This document shows positions 48,887 to 58,437 of a stretch of 64,000 nt of DNA, piece after piece. This DNA is from Bryobacteraceae bacterium (GTDB lineage Bacteria; Acidobacteriota; Terriglobia; Bryobacterales; Bryobacteraceae): contig JABAQT010000030.1 in the NCBI GenBank assembly GCA_019187195.1, positions 31,677 to 95,676 on the forward strand. The letters are read 5' to 3'. Both the position numbers and the translations under genes were made by a program. Position 1 is the first letter of the stretch, and the number at the start of each line of letters is the position of its first letter. The notes under the pieces are model-generated. The model made no database searches and was not told the origin of the DNA. It was given only the letters and a program-made list of their open reading frames with translations.

Positions 48887-50377
48887 TCAACGGGATTCTA
48901 TTGCCAGGAACAGCGTGCTGCCACCGCGGTTCACTTTCAGCAGTACGGTGCCGTCGGCACGGGTCACCGCTGCCTGGAATTCATTCACGTTGTTGATCTT
49001 CTGGTGATTCACTTCCTGAATGACATCGCCGCTCGCCAGTCCGGCGGCCGCGGCGGCGCTGGCGCCATCCACATCGGTCACCACGACACCGGTGGTGGTG
49101 GCGGGCAGATTCAGACTGCGCAAGGTCTGTGGATCGAGATTCTGCACGCTCACGCCGTCCATCAGACCGGTTCCGGGTTGTTCCTGACCCGAGCGCCCCA
49201 TCTTGGCTGAACCGTAGTTGGCGGGCATCTCCTCGAGTTTCACTGGAATCTCTTTATAGCTTCCGCTGCGCAGCACCTTCAGGTTCACCGTGGTGCCGGG
49301 CGCCATCATGGCTATGTGCAACCGGAACTGGTTGTAGTCTTCGATGGGTTTGCCGTTCATGGCCACCAGGACGTCGCCGGATTGGAGTCCCGCTCTTGAA
49401 GCGGGCGTATTCGGGGTCACATCCGCGACAACAGCGCCCATCGTTTCCTTGAGGCCAAAGCCCTTGGCGAGCGCCGGAGTTACGGGTTGGAGGGAAACGC
49501 CCAGGTAGGCGCGGGTTACTTTGCCCTTGGTGACAATCTGATCCATCACATTGCGCGCCAGGTTGGCGGGAATCGCGAACCCCACGCCGTTGTTGCCGCC
49601 GGAGTTCGGCGAGATGATCGCCGTGTTGATGCCGATCAGATCGCCCTGCGAGTTGACGAGCGCGCCTCCCGAGTTTCCTGGATTGATGGCGGCATCGGTC
49701 TGGATAAAGTCTTCGTAGTCCTCGATTCCAAGATTGCCCCGGCCTTTGGCGCTGACAATGCCAAGCGTCACCGTCTGGCCAACGCCGAACGGATTACCAA
49801 TAGCCAGCGCATAGTCGCCGACCTCCACCTTCGAACTGTCGCCGAAGGTCAGAGTCGGTAAGTCCTTGGCATCGATCTTCAGAACCGCAAGGTCTGTCTT
49901 GGCGTCTGCTCCAATGAGCTTGGCTTTGAAATCGCGCTTGTCCGAAAGGGATACGGTAATGGTGGTCGCCTTTTCGACAACGTGATTGTTGGTGAGGATA
50001 TATCCATCGCGAGAGACAATGACGCCGGATCCGAGAGAGTGTTCGCGTTCACTCTGGGGCGGCCGCTGGCGTGGCATTCGTCCAAAAAACTGTTCAAAGA
50101 ACGGGTCGTTGAAAGGCAGTCCGAAATCGTTGCTCGATACCTTTACAATCTTCGAGGTGGAGATGTTGACGACAGCGGGTAGATCTCGTTTCACAACCGC
50201 GCGGAAGCCTTCCGCCGGCTGTGCCGTTTGAGGAGAGCGCACTGAAATCGCCGGCGGCGCCTGCTGCGCCCGGGCCTTGTGTTCAGTAACCGCTCCCACG
50301 ACTGCGCCTATTCCGAAAACCGCGAGGAGTCCGCCAATCAGCATCTGATGACGGAACCTCGATCCGATTTGAGTCAT
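48887..50377 (-). CDS. htrA: Periplasmic serine endoprotease DegP/HtrA (Do family, two PDZ domains)
   Basis: AGGAGG RBS; 'ILTNNHVV', 'DLAVLKI' and 'GNSGGALVN'. Two PDZ-like regions. Confidence 0.93.
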   Translation of the reverse strand: MTQIGSRFRHQMLIGGLLAVFGIGAVVGAVTEHKARAQQAPPAISVRSPQTAQPAEGFRAVVKRDLPAVVNISTSKIVKVSSNDFGLPFNDPFFEQFFGRMPRQRPPQSEREHSLGSGVIVSRDGYILTNNHVVEKATTITVSLSDKRDFKAKLIGADAKTDLAVLKIDAKDLPTLTFGDSSKVEVGDYALAIGNPFGVGQTVTLGIVSAKGRGNLGIEDYEDFIQTDAAINPGNSGGALVNSQGDLIGINTAIISPNSGGNNGVGFAIPANLARNVMDQIVTKGKVTRAYLGVSLQPVTPALAKGFGLKETMGAVVADVTPNTPASRAGLQSGDVLVAMNGKPIEDYNQFRLHIAMMAPGTTVNLKVLRSGSYKEIPVKLEEMPANYGSAKMGRSGQEQPGTGLMDGVSVQNLDPQTLRSLNLPATTTGVVVTDVDGASAAAAAGLASGDVIQEVNHQKINNVNEFQAAVTRADGTVLLKVNRGGSTLFLAIESR

Positions 50378-50402
50378 TTGTTTTCCTCCTGGTGGAACCG
50401 TC

Positions 50403-50431
50403 AGTTGACTACTGCGTCCACGTAAGTTGAC
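50403..50431 (-). promoter_or_regulatory. Possible ECF (sigmaE-like) promoter of htrA
   Basis: The minus strand reads GTCAACTT-N15-TCAAC about 27 nt upstream of the ATG, compared with the E. coli sigmaE-type GGAACTT...TCAAA. Confidence 0.25.
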
Positions 50432-50758
50432 GTTTCAGGAGGGTTTTCGACTATACAGCCCGGACGGTATTTCAGACCGGAATGCGGTGGAAATCGGACA
50501 GCGCCGGGAGCCACATCCGGCGGGGGAAAAAGCCGCAGCCACTTTGCGGGAATGCGCATCGAGCCCCAATTGGCGCGGGTTTGTAATCAGGTGGTTGCTG
50601 AGGCCCGCTGCCTGCGAAGTTCGCCACCCCCTTTTTGGATCTTAATAACAATTGTATTTTCCATAACTTAGAACAAGACATAAGCGCTTGGCCGCGCCCT
50701 TCCAAATCACCCCCCGAAACCTCTTCGCTCTGGCCGCCGAATTGCACAAGGAACAGGC

Positions 50759-52474
50759 ATGGCTCGGCTTGCAGCTTTCCTCATCGCGCTGACTGGCCTC
50801 ATCGCGCTGACCGGCGGAGTTTCCGCCGCTCTCGCCCAGCAAGCGCCTCTCGATTGCAACTCCTGCCACGAAACTTCCCGGGAACTCCTCAAGTCGGTGC
50901 ATGGTTCGCTAACCTGCGATACCTGCCACGACCAGGTGACGGCTTATCCCCATCCCGCGAAAATGCCCAAGCCAGCCTGCGTAACCTGTCATGAAGTACA
51001 GGCGCGGGAGCAGATGAACAGTATCCACGGCCAGGAGTTGAAGAAAGGAAACGGGGCGGCTCCCGAGTGCACGTCCTGCCACGGGGGCAGCCACGAGATT
51101 CAGCAAGCCACCACTGAGGCGTTCCGGAAAGCTGTCCCCGGCGCTTGCGGCGCCTGCCATGGCGATGTCGAAGCACGCTACAAAGCCGGCGTTCACGGCG
51201 CCGCCGCCGCCAACGGGGTGAAGGACGCTCCGGTCTGTACCGATTGCCATGGCGAGCACTCGATCCTTCCCAAGAACCAGGCCGCCAGTCCGGTGAACAG
51301 GAGCAACATCCGGGAAACCTGCGGACGCTGCCATGGCGACGTGCGTCTCGCGAGCCGGTTCGGCCTCCCACCGGACCGCCTCACGACGTTCGACTTCTCC
51401 TACCACGGACTAGCGGCCAGAGGCGGGACGCAAGCCGTCGCCAATTGCGCCTCCTGCCACGGTTTTCATGACATTCTGCCCTCCTCGGATCCGAAGTCGA
51501 TGACGAACGCCAGGAATCTGCCCCAAACCTGCGGCAGGTGCCATCCCGGAGCGGGGACCCGGTTCGCCATCGGCACCATTCACTGGCTGGAGGGCAACAA
51601 AGAACCGGGCTTCGTGCGCTGGGTCCGGCTTTTCTACATTGGCGTCATCCCCCTCACGATTGGCCTGATGATTCTCCACCACGGGGGCGACTGGATCCGT
51701 AAACTGATCCGGTTGCGCTTCCGGCCCGGATCTCACGCCCGGCCAGGCCGGGGACTATCGGACCGGGAAATCGCGCACGAAGTTCGCATGTACCCCTTCG
51801 AAAGAGTCCAGCACGCCCTGCTGGCCATTTCTTTCCTCGTCCTTGCCTGGACCGGCTTTGCCCTCAAGTACCCGAATTCGGCCTGGAGCGCGCCGCTGCT
51901 TGCCTGGGAGTCGTCATGGCCCGTGCGAGGCACGGTGCACCGTATCGCCGCCGTGATCTTTGTCGCTTGCGGCGTCATTCACGTGGTCTCGCTGATCGTC
52001 AGCCGCAAACTGCGCGAACACTGGTTCACCTTGCTGCCGAAAGCACGGGATTTCCGGGAAGGGATGGGACAACTTGCCTACAACCTCGCCCTCACCGGAA
52101 AGAAGCCGGAAGTGTCCTCCCATTCTTATGTCGAGAAGGTCGAGTATTGGGCCGTGGTCTGGGGCGCCCTTGTCATGGGCCTCTCCGGCATCCTGCTATG
52201 GTTCAACAACTGGTCGCTGGCCTGGCTCCCGAAGGTATGGCTCGATGCCGCCACGGCCATCCACCTTTACGAGGCGATTCTGGCCTGCCTGGCCATTCTC
52301 GTCTGGCACCTGTATTCGGTGATCTTCGACCCGGACGTATATCCGCTCGATACGGCCTTCCTTAACGGCAAGTCACCCCGCCACCGCAGGGAAGCCGCCC
52401 CACCGGCGGATGCGGCGCTCATCCAGCCGCAATCCGTGAACAAGCAGGCCGGCGAAGACTCGAGTCAGCTGTAG
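50759..52474 (+). CDS. Fused multiheme c-type cytochrome (9 CXXCH) and membrane b-type cytochrome (FdnI/HydC-like), CbcL-like
   Basis: Signal peptide. Heme motifs: CNSCH, CDTCH, CVTCH, CTSCH, CGACH, CTDCH, CGRCH, CASCH, CGRCH. These are followed by about 5 TM helices with conserved His (ILHHGGDW, VQHALL, VHRIAAV, VWHLYS). Confidence 0.85.
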   Translation: MARLAAFLIALTGLIALTGGVSAALAQQAPLDCNSCHETSRELLKSVHGSLTCDTCHDQVTAYPHPAKMPKPACVTCHEVQAREQMNSIHGQELKKGNGAAPECTSCHGGSHEIQQATTEAFRKAVPGACGACHGDVEARYKAGVHGAAAANGVKDAPVCTDCHGEHSILPKNQAASPVNRSNIRETCGRCHGDVRLASRFGLPPDRLTTFDFSYHGLAARGGTQAVANCASCHGFHDILPSSDPKSMTNARNLPQTCGRCHPGAGTRFAIGTIHWLEGNKEPGFVRWVRLFYIGVIPLTIGLMILHHGGDWIRKLIRLRFRPGSHARPGRGLSDREIAHEVRMYPFERVQHALLAISFLVLAWTGFALKYPNSAWSAPLLAWESSWPVRGTVHRIAAVIFVACGVIHVVSLIVSRKLREHWFTLLPKARDFREGMGQLAYNLALTGKKPEVSSHSYVEKVEYWAVVWGALVMGLSGILLWFNNWSLAWLPKVWLDAATAIHLYEAILACLAILVWHLYSVIFDPDVYPLDTAFLNGKSPRHRREAAPPADAALIQPQSVNKQAGEDSSQL

Positions 52475-52480
52475 AAACGG

Positions 52481-52999
52481 TCATTTACGGACCGCGCGGA
52501 ATTCATAGTTGAGTTCCCTGCCCGCTTCCTTCAATTGCAGTTTGTAGGCCCCGGGCGTAAGCAGCGAAGCTCTGCACACCACGGCCAACCCTTCCGGTGA
52601 ACCGCGACGCAGGTTATCCGCTTTCCATATTTCGGCTCCGGAGCCGTTTCTCAAGACCGCGGAGGCGCCTGAAGCCCCGAACTCGTTGTCTGCCGCCCAT
52701 AGAGCAACCCACCTGGCGGAACCCGGCAACTCGACGGCCGCGGAAGGAAGCCGGACCACGACCATTCGCGCCACGTCTTCCGCATCCTGTTCGTAGCGTT
52801 CCTTCCACACATCCGCCGCCGTTTGGGCGCGTTTCATCCGCGCTTCGAGATCGGTGGTGCGCACCACCAGGAATGCCGTGCCCAGGCATAGGGCCAGGAC
52901 CGCCGCACCGGCGAGTCCCGCCCACAACCCGCCCCGCCCGCCTTCGCGGCGGCATACTTCGCACGCGCGGCGGTGTGCTTCATATTCACTGTGATCCAT
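52481..52999 (-). CDS. Hypothetical single-pass membrane protein
   Basis: Start taken at 'MDHSEYEAHRRACEVCRR'; TM 'LWAGLAGAAVLALCLGTAFLVV'. Confidence 0.4.
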   Translation of the reverse strand: MDHSEYEAHRRACEVCRREGGRGGLWAGLAGAAVLALCLGTAFLVVRTTDLEARMKRAQTAADVWKERYEQDAEDVARMVVVRLPSAAVELPGSARWVALWAADNEFGASGASAVLRNGSGAEIWKADNLRRGSPEGLAVVCRASLLTPGAYKLQLKEAGRELNYEFRAVRK

Positions 53000-53029
53000 C
53001 TTGTTCCAGCATACCCGTACAATGAAGGA

Positions 53030-54160
53030 TTGCCCCAGGTCCGATTCGAACTTCAAGCCACCTGTCCGCAAACCGGCGCCCGGGCCGGGTTGCTGCACAC
53101 CCCCCATGGCATTGTGGAAACTCCTGTCTTCATGCCCGTGGGAACGCAAGCCACCGTCAAGGGCGTTCCGACGTGCTATCTCGACCAGGAATTGCGCGCG
53201 CGCATCCTGCTTTCCAACACGTATCACCTGTTTCTACGCCCCGGCCACCTGCTGATCGAGCAACTCGGCGGGCTCCACAAGTTCATGGACTGGCCGCACG
53301 CCATCCTCACCGATTCGGGTGGATTCCAGGTTTTCAGCCTCTCCGGACTGCGCAAGGTGACAAACGACGGGGTGCTGTTCCGCTCCCACCTGAATGGGGA
53401 TCCGCACCTGTTCACGCCTTCCTCGACGGTGGACGTGCAGTTGGCGCTCGGCAGCGACATCGCCATGGTGCTCGATGAGTGCCTCGAGTATCCGGTTTCG
53501 CATGAGCGCGCGCGCGTGAGCATGGAGCGGACTTTGCGCTGGGCCTCGGATGCCTTCCGCCATTACCGCCGCCGCCTCGAGGAGCGGACGGCGGCGGGAG
53601 CGCTCTTCCCCATCGTGCAAGGCTCGATGTTCGCCGGCCTGCGCAAGGAGTGCGCCGAGCGCCTGCTCCCTCTCGATGCCGACGGATACGCGATCGGCGG
53701 TCTGTCGGTGGGAGAACCGCGTCCGCTTTCCCTCGAAATGGCGGCCGTGTCGGCGGCGGCGCTGCCGGTCGAAAAGCCACGCTACGTAATGGGCGTGGGC
53801 ATGCCGGAGGAGTTGATCGAATACGTCGCGCTCGGGGTCGATATGATGGATTGCGTTCTGCCCTCGAGGAACGCCCGCAACGGGTGTCTGTTCACGCGGC
53901 GGGGCAAACTGATCATCAAACAGGCGAAATACCGCGAGGATTCCGCCCCGGTGGACGAGGAGTGCGGTTGCTACGCGTGCCGGCGCTTCTCGCGCGCCTA
54001 CTTGCGCCACCTGTTTCAGAGCGGGGAAATGCTTTTCTGTACGCTCGCCACGCTCCACAACCTCCAGTGGTACCTTGACATCATGCGTCAAATCAGGCAG
54101 AGTATTTTGCTTGGGACATTTCCGGATCTCCTACAGCAGTGGAGGTCCGCGGCGGCGTAG
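53030..54160 (+). CDS. tgt: Queuine tRNA-ribosyltransferase (tRNA-guanine transglycosylase)
   Basis: 'HGIVETPVFMPVGTQATVKG', 'ILTDSGGFQVFS' and the zinc motif 'CGCYACRRFSRAYLRHL'. The TTG start was chosen after a GAAGGA RBS and is uncertain. Confidence 0.93.
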   Translation: MPQVRFELQATCPQTGARAGLLHTPHGIVETPVFMPVGTQATVKGVPTCYLDQELRARILLSNTYHLFLRPGHLLIEQLGGLHKFMDWPHAILTDSGGFQVFSLSGLRKVTNDGVLFRSHLNGDPHLFTPSSTVDVQLALGSDIAMVLDECLEYPVSHERARVSMERTLRWASDAFRHYRRRLEERTAAGALFPIVQGSMFAGLRKECAERLLPLDADGYAIGGLSVGEPRPLSLEMAAVSAAALPVEKPRYVMGVGMPEELIEYVALGVDMMDCVLPSRNARNGCLFTRRGKLIIKQAKYREDSAPVDEECGCYACRRFSRAYLRHLFQSGEMLFCTLATLHNLQWYLDIMRQIRQSILLGTFPDLLQQWRSAAA

Positions 54161-54281
54161 TGAAACACGCCTCTGGCGCAAGTCTCCCGCCTGTGGTAAA
54201 TCCTGTGGATAGCCCAACGTCAAACGAATGGCCGCGACAGGAACGGCGATGGGTGAATTTTTGATTGAAGGACCAGAGTTG

Positions 54282-54596
54282 ATGCCCGCTTTCCTCTTGT
54301 TGCAGAATGCTCCCGGCGGGGGCGCCAATCCCGTCCTCAATTTCCTGCCCATCATTCTCATCTTCGGCATCTTCTATTTCCTGTTGCTCCGGCCGATGCA
54401 GAAGCAGAGAAAAGAGCAGCAGCAACTGCTATCGAGCCTACAGGCCGGCCAGGTTGTACAGACTTCGGGCGGCGTCATCGGGGCTATCGTGGCCCTCACC
54501 GGAGACACCGTGACACTCCGCGTGCGGCCGGATAACGTAAAATTACTCTTTGCGCGCAGCGCCGTCACGGGCATCGTGCCGGAAGATACAAAATAA
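54282..54596 (+). CDS. yajC: Preprotein translocase subunit YajC
   Basis: 'LPIILIFGIFYFLLLRPMQKQRKE...GQVVQTSGGVIGAI'. Confidence 0.85.
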   Translation: MPAFLLLQNAPGGGANPVLNFLPIILIFGIFYFLLLRPMQKQRKEQQQLLSSLQAGQVVQTSGGVIGAIVALTGDTVTLRVRPDNVKLLFARSAVTGIVPEDTK

Positions 54597-54611
54597 GGTA
54601 GTTTATTCTCC

Positions 54612-56231
54612 ATGGACAAGAACCTCCGCACCCGGGCAATCATCATCGGGGCAACCATCCTAGCCTGCATTTACGGAATCATTGGTTTGCCAAAGTCGAA
54701 AGATGAGCTGGTGGAGAACCTGAAAAAGAACATCCGCCTTGGTCTGGACCTGCGCGGCGGGAGCCACCTGGTTCTTCAGGTTCAGGTGCAAGACGCCTTC
54801 AAGGCCGAAGCCAACACCGATGTGGAAAGGCTGAAGGAAGACCTCTCGAAGGCCAACATCAACTACAATTCGATCGACACCAACGACCCGCAGACCATCG
54901 CGGACGCCGACAAGATCGAGATCTACATCAAGGGCGTTCCCGTGGATAAGACCGGCGCCCTGCGCACGCTGATCAACGACAAGTACGACACCTGGCTGCT
55001 CAGCACCACCTCATCGACGGACTACCGGCTGTCGATGAAGCCCACCAAGGCTCTCGACCTGCGCCGCGACACGCTATTGCGCAGCATGCAAACCATCGAG
55101 AGCCGCATTAACGGACTCGGCCTGGCGGAATCGAGCGCCCAGCAGCGTGGCCGTTCGGACGCGGATTCGGAACTCCTGGTGCAGTTGCCCGGAGTGGATG
55201 ATCCCGCGCGCATCAAGCAGATTATCGGCACGGCCGCCCTGCTCGAACTTTATGAGGTGAAGGACGGCCCGTTCGCCACGCCGGAACAGGCGCGGCTCAA
55301 CTATCCCGGGGGCGTGCTGCCCCTCAATTCGAAAATCCTGAAGGCCCCCAGCCGCGCCGATCAGACCGAAGGCTACTACGTGGTTGCGCGCACGCCTGTG
55401 ATCACGGGACGCGACCTTCGCAACGCGCGCCCGCAGCAGGGCGAGTTCGGCAAGTGGGAAACCACGTTCACGCTGAATCAGGAAGCCGCCAAGCGCTTTG
55501 GCCGTTTCACCGAAACCCATATCGGCAAGCGGCTGGCGATCGTGCTCGACAACCAGATCCGCAGCGCTCCCGTCATCCAGAACAAGATCGAGGACAGCGG
55601 CCGCATCACCGGGGCATCGAGCCAGCAGGACGCCTCCGATCTGGCTCTCGTGCTGCGAGCGGGCTCACTGCCGGCGAGCGTTGTCTACCTCGAGGAGCGC
55701 ACGGTCGGCCCGTCGCTCGGCGCCGACTCGGTGCATGAGGGCGTCGTTTCCGGGCTTGTCGGCTTGATCGCGGTAATTATCGTGATGCTGGTCTACTATC
55801 GCAGGTCGGGCATCAACGCCACGCTGGCGCTGGTGCTGAACGCCATAATCCTCATCGCCGCGCTTTCTTATTTTGAAGCTGTCCTCACGTTGCCGGGCAT
55901 CGCCGGCGTGATTCTCACCATCGGCATGGCAGTCGATTCGAACGTCCTCATCTTTGAGCGCATCCGCGAGGAGTTGCGCAACGGCAAAGGAGTGCTGGCG
56001 TCGATTGACATCGGCTTCAACAAGGCATTTCTGACCATCATCGACACGCACGTGACGACGGTGGTCTCCTGCGCGTTCCTCTTCATTTTCGGCTCCGGCC
56101 CGGTGAAGGGATTCGCGGTCACTCTGGTTATCGGCCTCATCGCCAACGTGTTCACCGCGGTCTTCGTTTCCCGCTTCATCTTCGACTGGGAGCTGGCGGG
56201 GAAAAAACAGGTTGCGAGTTTGAGTATTTGA
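54612..56231 (+). CDS. secD: Protein translocase subunit SecD
   Basis: 'LGLDLRGGSHLVLQV', 'VGPSLGADSV' and 'LTLPGIAGVILTIGMAVDSNVLIFERIREE'. Confidence 0.95.
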   Translation: MDKNLRTRAIIIGATILACIYGIIGLPKSKDELVENLKKNIRLGLDLRGGSHLVLQVQVQDAFKAEANTDVERLKEDLSKANINYNSIDTNDPQTIADADKIEIYIKGVPVDKTGALRTLINDKYDTWLLSTTSSTDYRLSMKPTKALDLRRDTLLRSMQTIESRINGLGLAESSAQQRGRSDADSELLVQLPGVDDPARIKQIIGTAALLELYEVKDGPFATPEQARLNYPGGVLPLNSKILKAPSRADQTEGYYVVARTPVITGRDLRNARPQQGEFGKWETTFTLNQEAAKRFGRFTETHIGKRLAIVLDNQIRSAPVIQNKIEDSGRITGASSQQDASDLALVLRAGSLPASVVYLEERTVGPSLGADSVHEGVVSGLVGLIAVIIVMLVYYRRSGINATLALVLNAIILIAALSYFEAVLTLPGIAGVILTIGMAVDSNVLIFERIREELRNGKGVLASIDIGFNKAFLTIIDTHVTTVVSCAFLFIFGSGPVKGFAVTLVIGLIANVFTAVFVSRFIFDWELAGKKQVASLSI

Positions 56232-56323
56232 GGCGAGTGTGGTAGGTTGTTTGTTCGCGAATACGGGAACTGTTTGGAGCTCTCCGGTGTCTATGGTTCT
56301 GACGCCGGATTCTGTAAGGTTGC

Positions 56324-57526
56324 ATGGAGTTATTCAAGAATACTAATTTCGACTTTCTGGGCAAGAAGTGGCCGTTTATCATCACTTCCATTGTCCTCAC
56401 CATTGCCGGATTCGGAAGCATCTTCGCGAAAGGCGGCATCAAGTACGGAATCGATTTTCGCGGCGGCGTGAACATGCTGGTGAAGTTCTCCCAGGCGCCT
56501 CCAGTCGAGAAACTGCGATCCACCCTCGCTGGAAAAATTTCGGGAGAAATCGACGTAGTGGAAGTGCCGGGCACTTCTGAAGTTATTATCGGCACGGAGC
56601 TGCGCGACGAGAAGGCTCTCGCCGCGTCGCGCAAGGTCATGTCGGATACGCTGAGCGCGAGTTTCGGCGACACCGGCGGAAAGCTCGACCTGCTCAACAC
56701 GGGACAACAGGCTCTGATCGACCGGTTGCGGGACCCGCTGGCGCGCGCCGGCGCCGGCCTCACCGATCCGCAGTTGACGGAACTTTGCAAGAACATCCTC
56801 GCCTTCCGCGACGGCAACCCGAACTTCGGCATGCTCCAGAGCCTTGACCAGTTGTCGGCGGTGAAAGGCGTCACGCCCGCTATCCTCAACGTGATCAAAC
56901 AGGAGGCGGGACTCTCCCACTTCGCCATTCGCAACGTGGAGATCGTCGGGCCAAAGGTTGGAGCGGAACTGAAGAACCAGGCCATTCTGGCCACCTTGTA
57001 TGCGCTGGGCGGGATGCTGGTTTATATCGCTTTCCGGTTCGAGTGGATCTATGGCGTGGCCGCGGTGCTGGCAATCGTTCATGACATTGTCATCACGCTC
57101 GGCTTGTTTTCCATTTTCAACAAAGAGATTTCGCTCACCGTGGTGGCCGCGCTGCTCACGCTGGTCGGCTACTCGATGAACGACACCATTGTGGTCTTCG
57201 ACCGCATCCGCGAGAATCTGCGTCTGATGCGGCGGGAAAAGTTCGATTCCCTGGTCAACAGCAGCATCAATCAGACCTTGAGCCGGACAGTAATGTCCAG
57301 CGGCCTCACGCTTCTCACGGCGGTTTCGCTGCTGATGTTCGGAGGTACAGTACTAAACGGGTTTTCGTTCGCGCTGGTCGTTGGTATTATCGTAGGAACT
57401 TACTCCTCCATCTTCATTGCGAGCCCGATTCTGATCTTCTGGAAAGCGTGGTCGGATAAGCGGCGGGCCAGTGGAGGGCCGGAGAAAGTGGTGATCAGTC
57501 CCGCCACCAAGCAGGCGGCGAAATGA
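56324..57526 (+). CDS. secF: Protein translocase subunit SecF (with about 60 aa extra in the periplasmic loop)
   Basis: 'GIDFRGGV', 'VGPKVGAEL' and 'GYSMNDTIVVFDRIREN'. 160 aa separate DFRGG from VGPKVG. Confidence 0.93.
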   Translation: MELFKNTNFDFLGKKWPFIITSIVLTIAGFGSIFAKGGIKYGIDFRGGVNMLVKFSQAPPVEKLRSTLAGKISGEIDVVEVPGTSEVIIGTELRDEKALAASRKVMSDTLSASFGDTGGKLDLLNTGQQALIDRLRDPLARAGAGLTDPQLTELCKNILAFRDGNPNFGMLQSLDQLSAVKGVTPAILNVIKQEAGLSHFAIRNVEIVGPKVGAELKNQAILATLYALGGMLVYIAFRFEWIYGVAAVLAIVHDIVITLGLFSIFNKEISLTVVAALLTLVGYSMNDTIVVFDRIRENLRLMRREKFDSLVNSSINQTLSRTVMSSGLTLLTAVSLLMFGGTVLNGFSFALVVGIIVGTYSSIFIASPILIFWKAWSDKRRASGGPEKVVISPATKQAAK

Positions 57527-57609
57527 TGAGGTGACAGAGGCGGCCCGCAAGCGCCGCCGATCGCTCCGCGCCGGGCCCGCCCGCGTGGACCTGAGGAGAG
57601 GAAAGAGAC

Positions 57610-58377
57610 ATGTTTGAGCAGAGCCTGGTCGATGGCAGAGGGCAAACCAGTAAGCCATGGACGGTGTTTGTGTCGTTCGTAAGCCAGATTATCGTCCTCG
57701 GTATTCTGGTGCTGATCCCTCTGATTTACACGGATACGCTGCCGAAAGCGCAGTTGACAAGCTTTCTGGTGGCTCCGCCGCCGCCGCCACCACCGCCTCC
57801 TCCCCCCGCGGCGGCGCCTCCGGTGAAAGTGATTAAAGTTATCCCCAAGCAGTTCGACGCCGGAAGGTTGATGGCGCCGAAGGTCATCCCCAAAGACATC
57901 GCCATGATTAAGGAAGAGGAACTACCGCCGAGCATGCCCTCGGTTGGAGTGGTTGGCGGCGTTCCCGGCGGCGTCCCCGGCGGGGCTCCCGGCGGTGTCA
58001 TCGGCGGCATCATCGGTTCGGTGCCGACGGCTGCTCCTCCACCGCCGCCTCCTCCCGTGAAGAAGGTCGAGAAGCCGCCGACGCCGCAACGCATCCGCGT
58101 GGGCGGCAATGTGCAGAGCGCGAAATTGATCCGTCAGCCCAAGCCGGCCTATCCGCCGCTTGCCAAACAGGCGCGCATCTCGGGCACCGTCCGGTTCCAG
58201 GCCATCATCGGCAAGGACGGCACCATTCAGAATCTTCAATTGATCAGCGGCCACCCGCTGCTGGTTCCCTCCGCCACCGAGGCCGTCAAGCAGTGGGTCT
58301 ACCAGCCCACGCTGCTCAACGGCGAGCCGGTCGAGGTGGTGACGCAGATTGACGTGAATTTTACTTTGAGCAATTGA
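57610..58377 (+). CDS. tonB: TonB-family energy transducer
   Basis: N-terminal TM, poly-Pro tracts, and a C-terminal 'PAYPPLAKQARISGTVRFQAIIGKDGTIQNLQLISGHPLL'. Confidence 0.9.
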   Translation: MFEQSLVDGRGQTSKPWTVFVSFVSQIIVLGILVLIPLIYTDTLPKAQLTSFLVAPPPPPPPPPPPAAAPPVKVIKVIPKQFDAGRLMAPKVIPKDIAMIKEEELPPSMPSVGVVGGVPGGVPGGAPGGVIGGIIGSVPTAAPPPPPPPVKKVEKPPTPQRIRVGGNVQSAKLIRQPKPAYPPLAKQARISGTVRFQAIIGKDGTIQNLQLISGHPLLVPSATEAVKQWVYQPTLLNGEPVEVVTQIDVNFTLSN

Positions 58378-58437
58378 CAGTTGTCCGGGGCCGGAGCCCC
58401 AGACGGAGAAATTTCAACTCGCAGGAGAAAATCAAGT

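Noticed and set aside
50581-50636. Terminator-like 'GGTGG...CCACCCCCTTTTT' in the htrA/cytochrome intergenic region, possibly marking a small RNA.
   Set aside because: The stem is short and its interior pairs poorly, and I could find no clear promoter or conserved structure. The evidence is too weak to call without expression data.
57770-58075. Poly-C/G-rich tracts (CCGCCGCCGCC...) that look like simple-sequence repeats or contingency loci.
   Set aside because: They encode the canonical proline-rich spacer of TonB, are in frame, and are not homopolymeric.
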